DNA from: Ginkgo biloba
Lineage: Eukaryota; Plantae; Ginkgophyta
Reading direction: 5' to 3'
Assembly: GCA_024626585.2 (NCBI GenBank)
Contig: JANKJI020000002.1
Coordinates: 187,316,213 to 187,334,378, forward strand
DNA length: 18,166 bases
The translations under genes and the position numbers were made by a program. Below are positions 1-10,232 of this stretch, one piece after another. Within the stretch, counting starts at the first letter, position 1. Each line of letters begins with the position of its first letter. The notes below the pieces were generated by a model. The model was not told the origin of the DNA. It searched no databases and worked only from the letters and a program-made list of their open reading frames with translations.

Positions 1-2225
1 TTTATGAAAAATAGTGTCATAGTTACGTGCTTTAACCCATTAATAATTTCAGTAAAGTAATATCTTAATCAATATGCTATCATAAAAAACATTAAAACCC
101 TAATTCTAAAAATACATCATGGTTTGGAAAAAAACATTTAAAGTATATACACATCCCTTTAGTTCATAGAATAAATAAGTGTTATCCATAAACAATATAA
201 TCTGTTAATAATTCATATCTTTCATGTAAAGACTCATCTCCGATAACAAAAAGTCTCACTCATTATCATCTTAAAATAAACAATTAGAAGAATATATCAT
301 TCATCTCCACTATTTATAAATTTAGATATATTTATATAAGATAATGGACTACCATCAATATAGACTATATGCCCATAACTCACATGCTCTCCTATATCAT
401 ACTCTCTCTCTCTTTTATGTATGGAAGAAGCATTACAACATAAATAATATTGTCTCATACTTTTTATATACTAAGATAAAATATGACATGTATTCTAATA
501 ATTAATAAGTCCTTTTTATGGCACATATTTTATAGAATATTATGACCTTCTATCGAATCACTATCCATTATAAACAATCTCAATCTATATATGGGAGGAG
601 GTGTGATGTGTTAATCATAATTTCATATTTGAAAATCTATAAATTACCTTCTAAAAGTGGTTTAGGACACTATGGTTTTAGTAGTTGTTGATATATTACT
701 AGAAGTTTTTTAATCCTCTGATGTCTCTTTTGTGTAATCACATGATCCAATTGATATATTGAATATTTTTATATCCTATAAAATTTTATTCTAATATTGG
801 AACCTCTAATAACATGCATAGGAAATGATTATGATTATGTACTAGTTGGTGGTCACTTTAGATCATAACCACTTCTTGATAAAGGAACATTAAGGAGAGT
901 ATTAAAAAGTATGTTGTATATATAAAGTAACTATTTGAATGTTTTTTATTCCTATAATTATAAGAAAATAATTATACATAATTTAAATAAATAACTATGT
1001 AAAATAAAAATTGTGTTTGAATTTATATAATAAAGAATTCTTATAAGCTTAATTTCAACATTTAAAAATTGATGAAACCTTATAAGCTTGTATGAAATAT
1101 GAGGGATTTCATAAGTGGCATGCCTCATTAATTTTAAAATGTAATATCTTCTTTGGGTTCTTTTTTAAAGAGGTTGTAAAACACACTTCTTATTCTTTAA
1201 TGGTTGATAGTAAAACTAATAAAACTATAGGAATGCTCATTTTATAAAACTTTAATCAATTTTCTTATACACCCTTAGGAAAATTATTCCTCATTTTATT
1301 TGATATATGGAAAGACTAACACATATTTCTCAAGAGTTATAGATATTTCTTCAAGTTGTATATATATTTCCTAATTTGCTTCTTATACTAGATTAAATAT
1401 TCTGTCACTTATATACATTGACTAAATGCTTTCTTGAATTGTAATCTGCATACATGGGGTCATCTATGAAAGAGTTAGTAAACATGGAAAGGAAATCCTT
1501 TGTTGAACTTAAATGCATATATGTTATTGAGGTTATGGCGGTGTCCTATAGAAGTAGGGACATTAAAACACCTTCCAATGTTTAAACTACTTAACATGAA
1601 GTAGAAAGCTCAACAAAATTGTAAAGGTGTTATTAAATTCTATAATGTTACTCACTAACTATTTATGGGGCATAAAATCATTATATAATAAAATATCATA
1701 ATCAGTGTTAAAAGAGTATAAGTATATACATTAGTATATCATTTTTCTAATGGGATATCTTTTGTCTTGGGAGGTTCATTGCAAGTTGATGCAGTATGAA
1801 TTTTTATATCATAACCACTTTGAAATTACTTTATCCTTCTTTTCTCCTATAACTTTTTTTTGCATTGAATAAAGATGTGCATTCCTCTAACAATACCCAT
1901 AGAGATTTGAACTAATTATGTGAAACAACATATACTAGCTGGCTCTAAGCCACCATCTTAAAAGTTAGATGCCTTAATGGTTAATGTTAATCATCATTGC
2001 ATATAAACTAAAACAAGTAGTGACAAACATTGGTAAGCAACATCGCCCTACCAACAATTTTATAATGATAAGAAAAAAATGTTGCTCTGGATTTTATTTC
2101 ATACCATTGATGCAAGGCCCATATGTTGACCTTATAAAATGTCTTGCGTGTCCGTGACTTCCCTTAATTATTAATTAAATCATATATCTCATCATAACAT
2201 AAAATAAACATTTTACATCTCTCAA

Positions 2226-2741
2226 ATTATATAATCTATTTCTTACTATCATAATAACCATTGTGATGAATTTTCGAATGCACACGTTATCATTGTATCC
2301 ACACAAATAGATTATTTTATTCCTCTCTTTGCTAAAATGATTGTTCTTCATAATCAAAATTACAAGTACTCATAATATATATGCTAAAAATAATTACAAG
2401 GCTCATTAGAAATTTTGTATTTTCATTGAAGATCAAGTATTTTCTTTCTATATAATATATTGAAGATAATATGATTTTGAACGAAATACTTACACATATA
2501 TTGGCACTTATTTATAAGAAAAAAAAATTATTTGGATTGCAACTTATACATTCTTGTGAAGAGTTCATTGCACATATGAACACTATGTATATACATAGGA
2601 CACACCTTTACAAGGATGTTAACAACAAGAGAAATTTGACTTTGGTGATATTTTAATCATTGTTTCAATTTCTTCAAGGGGAGGCCACATCAATCATCCC
2701 TTCAACCTCCATATCAATGTGTATGGATTAGTAGCAAGGGA
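2226..2741 (+). repeat. Direct repeat copy 1 (~520 bp), cut off by an N gap
   Basis: Aligns by eye to 3795-4334 at roughly 90% identity (8 mismatches in 2401-2520). It lacks a ~25-bp block present in copy 2 (around 4198-4222). Confidence 0.92.
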
Positions 2742-2841
2742 NNNNNNNNNNNNNNNNNNNNNNNNNNNNNNNNNNNNNNNNNNNNNNNNNNNNNNNNNNN
2801 NNNNNNNNNNNNNNNNNNNNNNNNNNNNNNNNNNNNNNNNN

Positions 2842-3175
2842 TATCTAGTTTTATTCCGTTGATCCGATGATTTGCATTGAAACCGTCGTTTTAGGTTATG
2901 TTAAGTATTGACACCCTACATGGTGTCCGTGTTTTGTTTTGGTGCCTTTTGCCTTGTATCGCTATACCAGTCGTATTGTAACCCTAAGAGGAGCACCTCG
3001 CCTCTAGGGTTGTCTTTGTTGAGGTTTCTTCGATTCCAGTGAGTGTGCCTAATGCCACCCAATTTCTGTTGTAACTGCATGTAGTATTTTCAAACAATTA
3101 CAACAATTTTTTTTGTAACTGCTTGTAATTTTTTCGATTAATCGAACCATCTCTCTACAACAACAAAAAAAAAAA
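2842..3175 (+). mobile_element. Probable 3' end (3' UTR and A-tail) of a non-LTR retroelement (LINE/SINE)
   Basis: GT-rich, CpG-retaining segment emerging from a gap. It contains a hairpin (aaccctaagagg...cctctagggtt, 2980-3010) and ends in caacaacaaaaaaaaaaa at ~3158-3175. Confidence 0.45.
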
Positions 3176-3238
3176 TGTCAAATGTTATTGAGATGCACAA
3201 ACAATGCATCACAAGAATATAGGTTGCGAGGGCATCTT

Positions 3239-3255
3239 CTCTCTCTCTCTCTCTC
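3239..3255. repeat. (CT)n microsatellite
   Basis: ctctctctctctctctc. Confidence 0.8.
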
Positions 3256-3794
3256 AATAAGATCAAACTACACAACACTGAGTAGTGCAATACTGTAAAA
3301 GCATGGAAACCCCATTGCTGTAACTTGTACCCGTAACTGCACAAATTCTTATGATATAAATCATGAATGTATATTAAAATAGAGATACGATATCTGAATG
3401 TATTTTAATTTGTGATATTTATGATATTTATATATGTATATATACAGCCGTCCCTGCGTACTGGCATACCATGTTTCTTGAGTACCCAAACTGGGGATGC
3501 GCACTCCTCCCTTGTATCCCCCTGTCCCCACGAACCAATGCAACCTTGGATGAAACCCTTTTGTGAGGGTTAGGGGCAGAAGAGATGTCTCTGCATGGCA
3601 GAGAGGGGGAGGAGCTATCATAGTCAATGCTGTCCCCACTATCATTTTCAAAAGATTTCCTAGCTTGCGGGTCATTGGGCTTCTTTGAAAGGACAAGCAA
3701 TTGGATTTGGTTACCTCTAGATCCCAATCCCCAAGGAGAATTGAGAAATATGAGGATCTAGAGCGTTGACTTCAGATCAAGGATTTAGTTATCT

Positions 3795-4334
3795 ATTATA
3801 GAATCTATTTTTATTATCATAACAATCATTTTGATGAATTTTGTGATGGACACATTATCATTGCATCCACACAAATAGATTTTTTATTCCTCTCTTTACT
3901 AAAATGATTGTTCTTCATAAGCAAAATTATAATTGCTCATAATTTATATGCTTAAAATAATTACAAGGCTCACTATAAATTTTGTATTTTCATTGAAGAT
4001 CAAGTATTTTCTTTCTCTATAATATATTGAAGATAATATGATTTTGAATGGAATACCTACATAGATATTGGCACTTATTTATAAGAATAAAACTTTATTT
4101 GGATTGTAACTTATACATGCTTGTGAAGAGTTCATTGCACATATGAACACTATGCATATACATAGTACACACCCTTATAAGGATGTTAAGAACAAGGAGG
4201 TGGGCCACTATTTATAATGGAGAATATTTGACTTTTGGTGATATTTTAATCAATGTTTTTATTTCTTCAAGGGGAGGCCACATCAATCCCCCCTTCAACC
4301 TCCAAATCAATGTGTGTAGATTAGTAGCAAGGGA
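3795..4334 (+). repeat. Direct repeat copy 2 (~540 bp), in the LOR downstream flank
   Basis: Shares long blocks with 2226-2741, e.g. ttttgtattttcattgaagatcaagtattttctttct, cttgtgaagagttcattgcacatatgaacactatg and atttcttcaaggggaggccacatcaatc. Confidence 0.92.
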
Positions 4335-4750
4335 TCAATATTTTTCCTCTCGCCTTGTGATGATCCAAGTTTCTTGAAAGTTCACTTTCTTTGCAGGATG
4401 CACGTAATGTAAAATAGGCGACCAAATGCAAGGCCCTATGACACATTACAATGGACTTGGGCATGGAAGAGGACAATTCTATGTTGCATAGACAAACCCT
4501 GATGTAATGGGTAGTCTAGCCAATGCATAAACACTTTGAGGGACTCATTCACATGGTGGTGTTCACTTCTTTTTTGCTTGTGTGTTGGAGACAATGGGCA
4601 TATATATATGCCCATAGACCTTTGAGGAGAATTTTCTAATGACCCTAACCAACTTCTCGATCTGTGCATTCATAAGAGCTCTATGACGATTGAAGACGAG
4701 GAGGAAAAACAAAAATTCTTTCCCTCCGGTCTTATCGATCCATATAACCG

Positions 4751-4885
4751 TCAGCTAGAAGAAATGATCTGATCAAGAGTAATAATCAAGCCCATAATGA
4801 AAGCTTGATCGTAGCCAGGCTGCACAACCAGATTGAAAACATCGGCGCCCAACATTATCTCAGATGTTGCTTGTTTTCGTCTCAC
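4751..4885 (-). CDS. LOR gene coding exon 3 (44 codons plus TGA)
   Basis: Acceptor TTTACAG|GTG at 4886/4885; encodes the LOR C-terminal motif LGADVFNLVVQPGYDQAFIMGLIITLDQI; TGA at 4753-4751. Too short to appear in the ORF track. Confidence 0.93.
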   Translation of the reverse strand: MRRKQATSEIMLGADVFNLVVQPGYDQAFIMGLIITLDQIISSS

Positions 4886-5595
4886 CTGTAAATGCCATAG
4901 CTTTTAGAACATTTTGTATTCAAATCTTTGATATAGACGATAGAAATAGTATAAGGACAGCAACCCAATTGTGGATATAAACAGAAAGTTTACCTCTGCA
5001 ACAATGCTCCTAGAATTACTGTAAATAGTGAAAGATCTCTTGGAATAAGAGCCTTCGATGTGGTAATCAGACTGCTTCTTCTGCTTGGCTGAACCAATGA
5101 AAACTTCTGCTAAAACTTTTGTTGGAAGCAACGTCGATGGCCTTCTTAAACTAAACATGGGTTTTTGCCCATTCAATTTGTCCCCCAAGAATCCTTGCCA
5201 TTCATTCTGAATACTCAGTCTCTGCAGGACATGAGCATAGTATGTCAGATTGCCATTACCCTTGACTTTACTGTATTTTTATTAATCAAAGGAGATATTT
5301 AGCAGTATGGGGGATGTTTCAGATGAATGAAAGCTAAACATACCTTGCGTCTCATAGTGAGAAAAGCATTTCCTGCAGCATCCATGAGAATAACTCCATC
5401 TTTGATGTTGGAGGCATAGTTATCCACTCTGAAAGCCAGGTTTCCAGTGGAGTCATAGACTGTGAAGCCATTGCAGTTGAACACCAGAGATTTCTTCCAA
5501 ACCGTCAATGTTGTCAGAGAAGCCTTGCAAAGCTGATCATCAATGAGAACATGATCGGCACAGTTCCCTCCATCGTTTGGGTGAATCTTCGGCAT
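4751..5595 (-). CDS. LURP-one-related (LOR / Tubby C-like, PF04525) protein, 204 aa; join of complement(5344..5595, 4994..5221, 4751..4885)
   Basis: Spliced translation: MPKIHPNDGG...LTVWKKSLVFNCNGFTVYDSTGNLAFRVDNY...LMDAAGNAFLTMRRK | RLSIQNEWQGFLGD...PMFSLRR...YHIEGSYSKRSFTIYSNSRSIVAE | VRRKQATSEIMLGADVFNLVVQPGYDQAFIMGLIITLDQIISSS*. These match LOR family motifs (TVWxKSL, GFTVYD, FRVDNY, LGxDVFxLxVxPGxD). Introns 5343-5222 (122 nt, AAG|GTATGT...TGCAG|) and 4993-4886 (108 nt, GAG|GTAAAC...TTACAG|) are both phase 0. No internal stops. Confidence 0.95.
4994..5221 (-). CDS. LOR gene coding exon 2 (76 codons)
   Basis: Acceptor CCTGCAG|AGA at 5222/5221 and donor GAG|GTAAAC at 4994/4993; in frame with the supplied ORF 4904..5188. 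Confidence 0.93.
5344..5595 (-). CDS. LOR gene coding exon 1 (84 codons)
   Basis: Runs from the ATG at 5595 to the donor AAG|GTATGT at 5344/5343; corresponds to the supplied ORF 5299..5595 up to ...MRRK. Confidence 0.95.
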
Positions 5596-5735
5596 TTAAT
5601 GTTATATTTGCAAACAAAGATGGAGAACCAGGGAAGGAGGAATGAATATTGTGGAGTAAAACCAAAGTGAAATAGATAGGACTTAAGAGGAGGGGTGCTT
5701 ATGCCTTGTTGTATGTGATGTACTAGGTTTTATCC

Positions 5736-5769
5736 TTTTATATTTAATTGCATATACGTTTTCTATTGG
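5736..5769 (-). promoter_or_regulatory. Putative LOR core promoter (TATA box and CCAAT)
   Basis: Minus-strand TATAAAA at 5742-5736, about 140 nt upstream of the ATG, followed by a pyrimidine/CA-rich leader; CCAAT at 5769-5765. Confidence 0.55.
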
Positions 5770-5899
5770 CCTAAGGAGAAGAATCACTTTGAGGTTACTT
5801 TGACAATGTAGCTTTCTTTTAAAAATAAAAAATGTGTGATTTCTCCACTCATTCTACCACATAAACTTCTTGAATTGATTGATCTTATCCATAAACTCT

Positions 5900-6196
5900 T
5901 TGACTCACTTTGCATCGATATTTTAAAAGGTGCTAGGTCGGCCAATGAGCCACACAACCCCCACCCACTTACGCTGCATATTAGTGGACGACTATAAAAA
6001 TTGCTATAAAGTTTCTTTACTCTTGTACCTGTATGACAAAAATAACACCCACAACATGTATTATAAATTAGTATGGAAGTTTTCCTATGGGGCCATGTGT
6101 TTAGTGCTCTCAACATATCATATTATACTTAAAGTCAATTTTTGTAAAGCATACAGTAAGAAAAATAATAGTGTTCATCTTAGGATGTATTTGACC
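5900..6196. promoter_or_regulatory. Three W-box cores (TTGACY) upstream of LOR
   Basis: TTGACT at 5900-5905 (overlapping TGACTCA 5901-5907), AGTCAA at 6133-6138 and TTGACC at 6191-6196. Confidence 0.35.
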
Positions 6197-6699
6197 ACAA
6201 GAAGAAAAGATGCCGCTAGAGGATATGCTCAAGAAATACTTTATAGCAAATTAATGCAATGTGCAGGACACATGTCAAGTAAAAGGAGATTCCCATATAC
6301 TAGTGGACCATGCTTTTAAACTGTGATGGCATGATATTGCCTTAGATCATAATAAAAATATTTTTTTATTTATTATATTCAAAATAAACAACAAAAATGA
6401 GTAACAACAAATAGAAATACTAACATCATACAAATTATACTCCTTAAAAGAAGTAAATAGACATGTTAACATATAAATCAAATTTATCAATAGAGTGTGC
6501 CTAGTTCTATACATGTTGTGCCTTACTAATAAATTACATNNNNNNNNNNNNNNNNNNNNNNNNNNNNNNNNNNNNNNNNNNNNNNNNNNNNNNNNNNNNN
6601 NNNNNNNNNNNNNNNNNNNNNNNNNNNNNNNNNNNNNNNTAAATTCCACATAATAAGTCCTTAGATATGACACATGGTTTTGTAGATGTAGCCTAGTTA

Positions 6700-7420
6700 G
6701 TTGTTAATGTTAGACCTTAGCCAAGTCAATGGAATATGTAGTGTTCTATGGATGTCTTATTTAGATAGAATTTCCTCATGCACCATTTTATATTTGGAAC
6801 TTTTTCCAAAGATTACAACACCATTAGACTTGATAATATATAAGGAATAAATGAGTCCATTTTATCCTAAACCTTTTTGTGAAGGTATATCATAAGGTTG
6901 ACTTAGACCTCCAAACCTTTATAAGAGAGTATTTAAATTAAATTTGGGGACAATTACATGAAATAGAAGGTGATGTATCTTAATCTTCATACATCTTGGT
7001 TTAGTTGCCACAATAGGAAAGTTGATCAAAGATTGTTTGTTGATCAATAAAGAATATCATGTTGAAGAGATTCTTACTATAGATGTAGAGGAAGAGGGCA
7101 ATGAGTTTAAAATAAAATGTAGTACCTAAATATATATGCCAAACAAACTAGTGGGCAACCCATTATGTCTAAGACAAGTGTCAAACAAGCTCTAAAACGT
7201 AATTCTATAAAATAAAAAGCTCCACATGTTAAGATGGATTCCATCCAACTTGTTGTTAAGAAGAAACCTTCTAATAAGGGTAAATCCCATGAAAGTATGC
7301 ATAAAGAACTTACTGAGCCCAAAACTCCTCTTCCATAAATCCATTCTACTAAGAAGTTTGAGTTAAATGTAAAAGAGACTATTGAAGCACACATGAAAAC
7401 TAGTAGAGCGATAAAGTGGG
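6700..7420 (+). mobile_element. Decayed L1-type LINE ORF1 fragment (zinc-knuckle region and low-complexity tail)
   Basis: 6940-7040 reads KFGDNYMK*KVMYLNLHTSWFSCH, then after a frameshift IGKLIKDCL. This fits a decayed plant L1 ORF1 QxVxYxxLPxxCFxCxxxGHxxKDC. It is preceded by KVDLDL and followed by a K/S-rich tail (IQLVVKKKPSNKGK...IHSTKKFEL). Boundaries are approximate. Confidence 0.7.
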
Positions 7421-9409
7421 CCTATGTTGGCATGTTAGATAATTTCCTTAGTATTATCTCCAAAATTAGTAGGACTCTACCTTTGATGCTTTGAATAACA
7501 TCATTATTAACTCAATAAATTGTACACATTCTAGTCAGAGTCGAAGTTATTTCAAAACCACTATCTTATTTTAGTATAAGAAATTATTAACAATGATTTG
7601 GGGTAGGAATCAATAAACTAAAGGTGCAAAGTATTCTAGTCACATTCCAAGTTAAGGAATAAGATGTGAATTTTTTAGATTTAATTATTTTAACGGTTAC
7701 AATTAGTTTCAAAAGATTATGGACACTAGCATTTAACTTGTATTACTATTAATAACTTTTAACACCAACCTAGTTGTATAAACTTTATTGTACTCAATTT
7801 ACTATATTATTACTTAGCAACACATAAATCAAAATTGAGCTAAAGGTTGGCCGTAATATCAATTGATCAATGGTTGATGGCATATGGTACTTGATAGATT
7901 ATGAATTTATAAAGAAAACAATCATTAATTTGGGGTGGTATGTTGCAAGTTCACTAGTGGCTAAATTTGAATCTACATAATTTAATCCAAAAAATTGTAG
8001 ACCAAAGGATTTTATGCCATAACACATGGGTTTCAATTTTTTATAATGCCAAAGCTTACCAAAATATAATTAATTCAAACAAAGGCAAAGAAACTATTAA
8101 ATAAAATTTAAAAGCACCTAAAATATAATTAATTTTAGTACAAATTCTTTTTTTAGAGCAATAAAATGAGTGGTGATATTGAAGAATGCTCATAAGAGCA
8201 TTTGTCCTAGTTAAGTTGATAAAATGACATAATTCAAAAGAACATTTATGATATTTAATGAAATAATCATACAACCATTTTTTTAGATGTATATGTAATA
8301 TGTGGAAGAGGGCATTGCACATTTATTTGATAATATTATTTTAAGAACTCAATGAGAAGTTTTCTTGAGATATTTTAACTAAAGNNNNNNNNNNNNNNNA
8401 GGAATGCATCCTAGATGCAATTGATATAAAGGGTGAGGAGATATCTTATCATATATTTTTATTATGGAAGTGGACTCAAAGGATAGGGTTATGAATAACT
8501 AGATCTTATAATCAAGATACATTCTTGAGGATTTATAAGTTAAGGATTCAACATTTATTAGGATTATCAACTTCAAGGAAAAGGAAAGGGATTTTTTCTT
8601 GGACATATACAAGTCAATAAAACTTTGATAATTTGTTACTAGTGAGGTTTCTCTTTTATACATTTAGAACCTTATAGACATTTTTGAATTATTCTTATAG
8701 GTGGTGTTTAACTCCAAGATCACCTTAGTTATATAATTCTTTATGATAGAGAATGCATATTTTTAACATTAAATTTACTCTTTTAAATTAAACTATATCT
8801 AAGATATATGTGCTAAAATTAATAATTTTCATAGATTTGGCATTGATTAAGTTAAAATATATGAGTCTAATAAATATTTAAGATTTTGTATTACATGATA
8901 TTGTGCATTACTATGAAATACTTAAAGAACAACAAATTTAAATTTTAAACTGAAAAAGTCTAGACTTAGTCCTTAAGAGAATATTATAAGCGTTAATGAT
9001 TCTAAATGAATGGGAAATTCTAACAAAAATGTTGAGTTGATTTATTTTGAAGTAATTTATAATCAATGCTATTGACTCGTCTTTACAAGTAGATGGAGTA
9101 TTTAATCTACTACACTTTTATAATTTATTTGTCACTGCCTTTCAAGTGCCTAAGAGTAATTCCATAGTTTAGTTCTTGGATCAAACTCATACAAATGATA
9201 ATTCTAAATAATTCTCAAGATATCCATAAACAACATAGTGGAGATAAAAATTGNNNNNNNNNNNNNNNNNNNNNNNNNNNNNNNNNNNNNNNNNNNNNNN
9301 NNNNNNNNNNNNNNNNNNNNNNNNNNNNNNNNNNNNNNNNNNNNNNNNNNNNNTCTTTAAGAATTATTATTGAGAAACAAAAGAATATTATTGAGAAATA
9401 TAAATAGGA

Positions 9410-10185
9410 AATGGAAGCCTGTCTCTAGTCTAACACTTATGTTTGATGCTCTAATACTCTTCTTTAGCTACTACAAACTCCTTAAATATCTAACTTATAT
9501 GTGAACTAAGTAGTTAGCTTATGGACAAATGTTTAGTGAGATGACAAATTGAATTTAACTTGAAGGGCAATATATTATTGAGGAAGAATGAAGTGAAATA
9601 GGTATATGGAGGTGAGATAATGATAGATCTACCAAATAGGATTACTTACCTATTAGAATTGTGAGGATGCTATGAAATGGAAACTATAAGTAAAAATATC
9701 TATACTAAATTCAACTTGATGTCTTAGGCATATCCCTTGAAAGATAATGAAACAAACTCTAATATTGTATATTAAAAAGGAAAGATTGGAATCAAAGTAT
9801 GAAATTTATCCAACATAACATGTACGCTCCAAAATACTCCTCTTGGTCTAAAATGGTATAATTATTTATAGGAAAAAGTGGAGTCTCTCAAAAATCAAAT
9901 TAGTTGGCATAGCTAGAAAATTCATTTGCCTAGATTTTTGTTGGCAATTCAATTGGTAATTAGATAAATTTGATCAAGTTGTATATCAAGTAGGATGGAA
10001 TTCATACAATCTCATTCAACTTTGATCTTANNNNNNNNNNNNNNNNNNNNNNNNNNNNNNNNNNNNNNNNNNNNNAATAGATTAAAGAATTCACACATAA
10101 GATAACATACAAATACAAAATGTTTACAATAAATGATCTTACATTAATGAATCATAATCCTCTACAACATTTTCTCTCTCATTTT
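9410..10185 (-). mobile_element. Possible 3' LTR with polypurine tract of a decayed LTR retrotransposon
   Basis: The minus strand reads AAAATGAGAGAGAAAA-TGTTGTAG (PPT-like tract, then a TG start at 10169). A TATA-like CTATAAATAA lies at 9871-9862, about 300 nt inside. The left boundary is uncertain. Confidence 0.4.
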
Positions 10186-10232
10186 GTGGTGGATATGTGT
10201 TGTATACTTTGTATGTTTTATACCAATATAGA

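Noticed and set aside
885-1200. Copia PPT plus LTR start (taaggagagtatta)
   Set aside because: Too decayed; no supporting pol motifs or LTR end.
1885-2055. TRIM/LTR remnant with a reverse PBS-like motif (ggctctaagccacca)
   Set aside because: Only a loose match to GGCTCTGATACCA, and no paired terminal repeats were found.
2226-2741. Assembly artefact (duplicated contig end) as the explanation for the direct repeat
   Set aside because: Roughly 10% divergence and a ~25-bp indel are more than a read-overlap artefact would give, although a divergent haplotype cannot be fully excluded.
4356-4440. C/D-box snoRNA (GTGATGA) or miR396-like sequence
   Set aside because: No downstream CTGA D box or terminal stem, no match to a conserved mature miRNA that I recall, and no long hairpin.
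5784-6319. 110-aa and 129-aa ORFs upstream of LOR
   Set aside because: Non-ATG starts, no motifs and overlapping on opposite strands in promoter DNA; probably chance frames.
8400-8600. Gypsy chromodomain-like fragment (ECILD...WKW)
   Set aside because: Spacing and the ATWE-type motif are missing.
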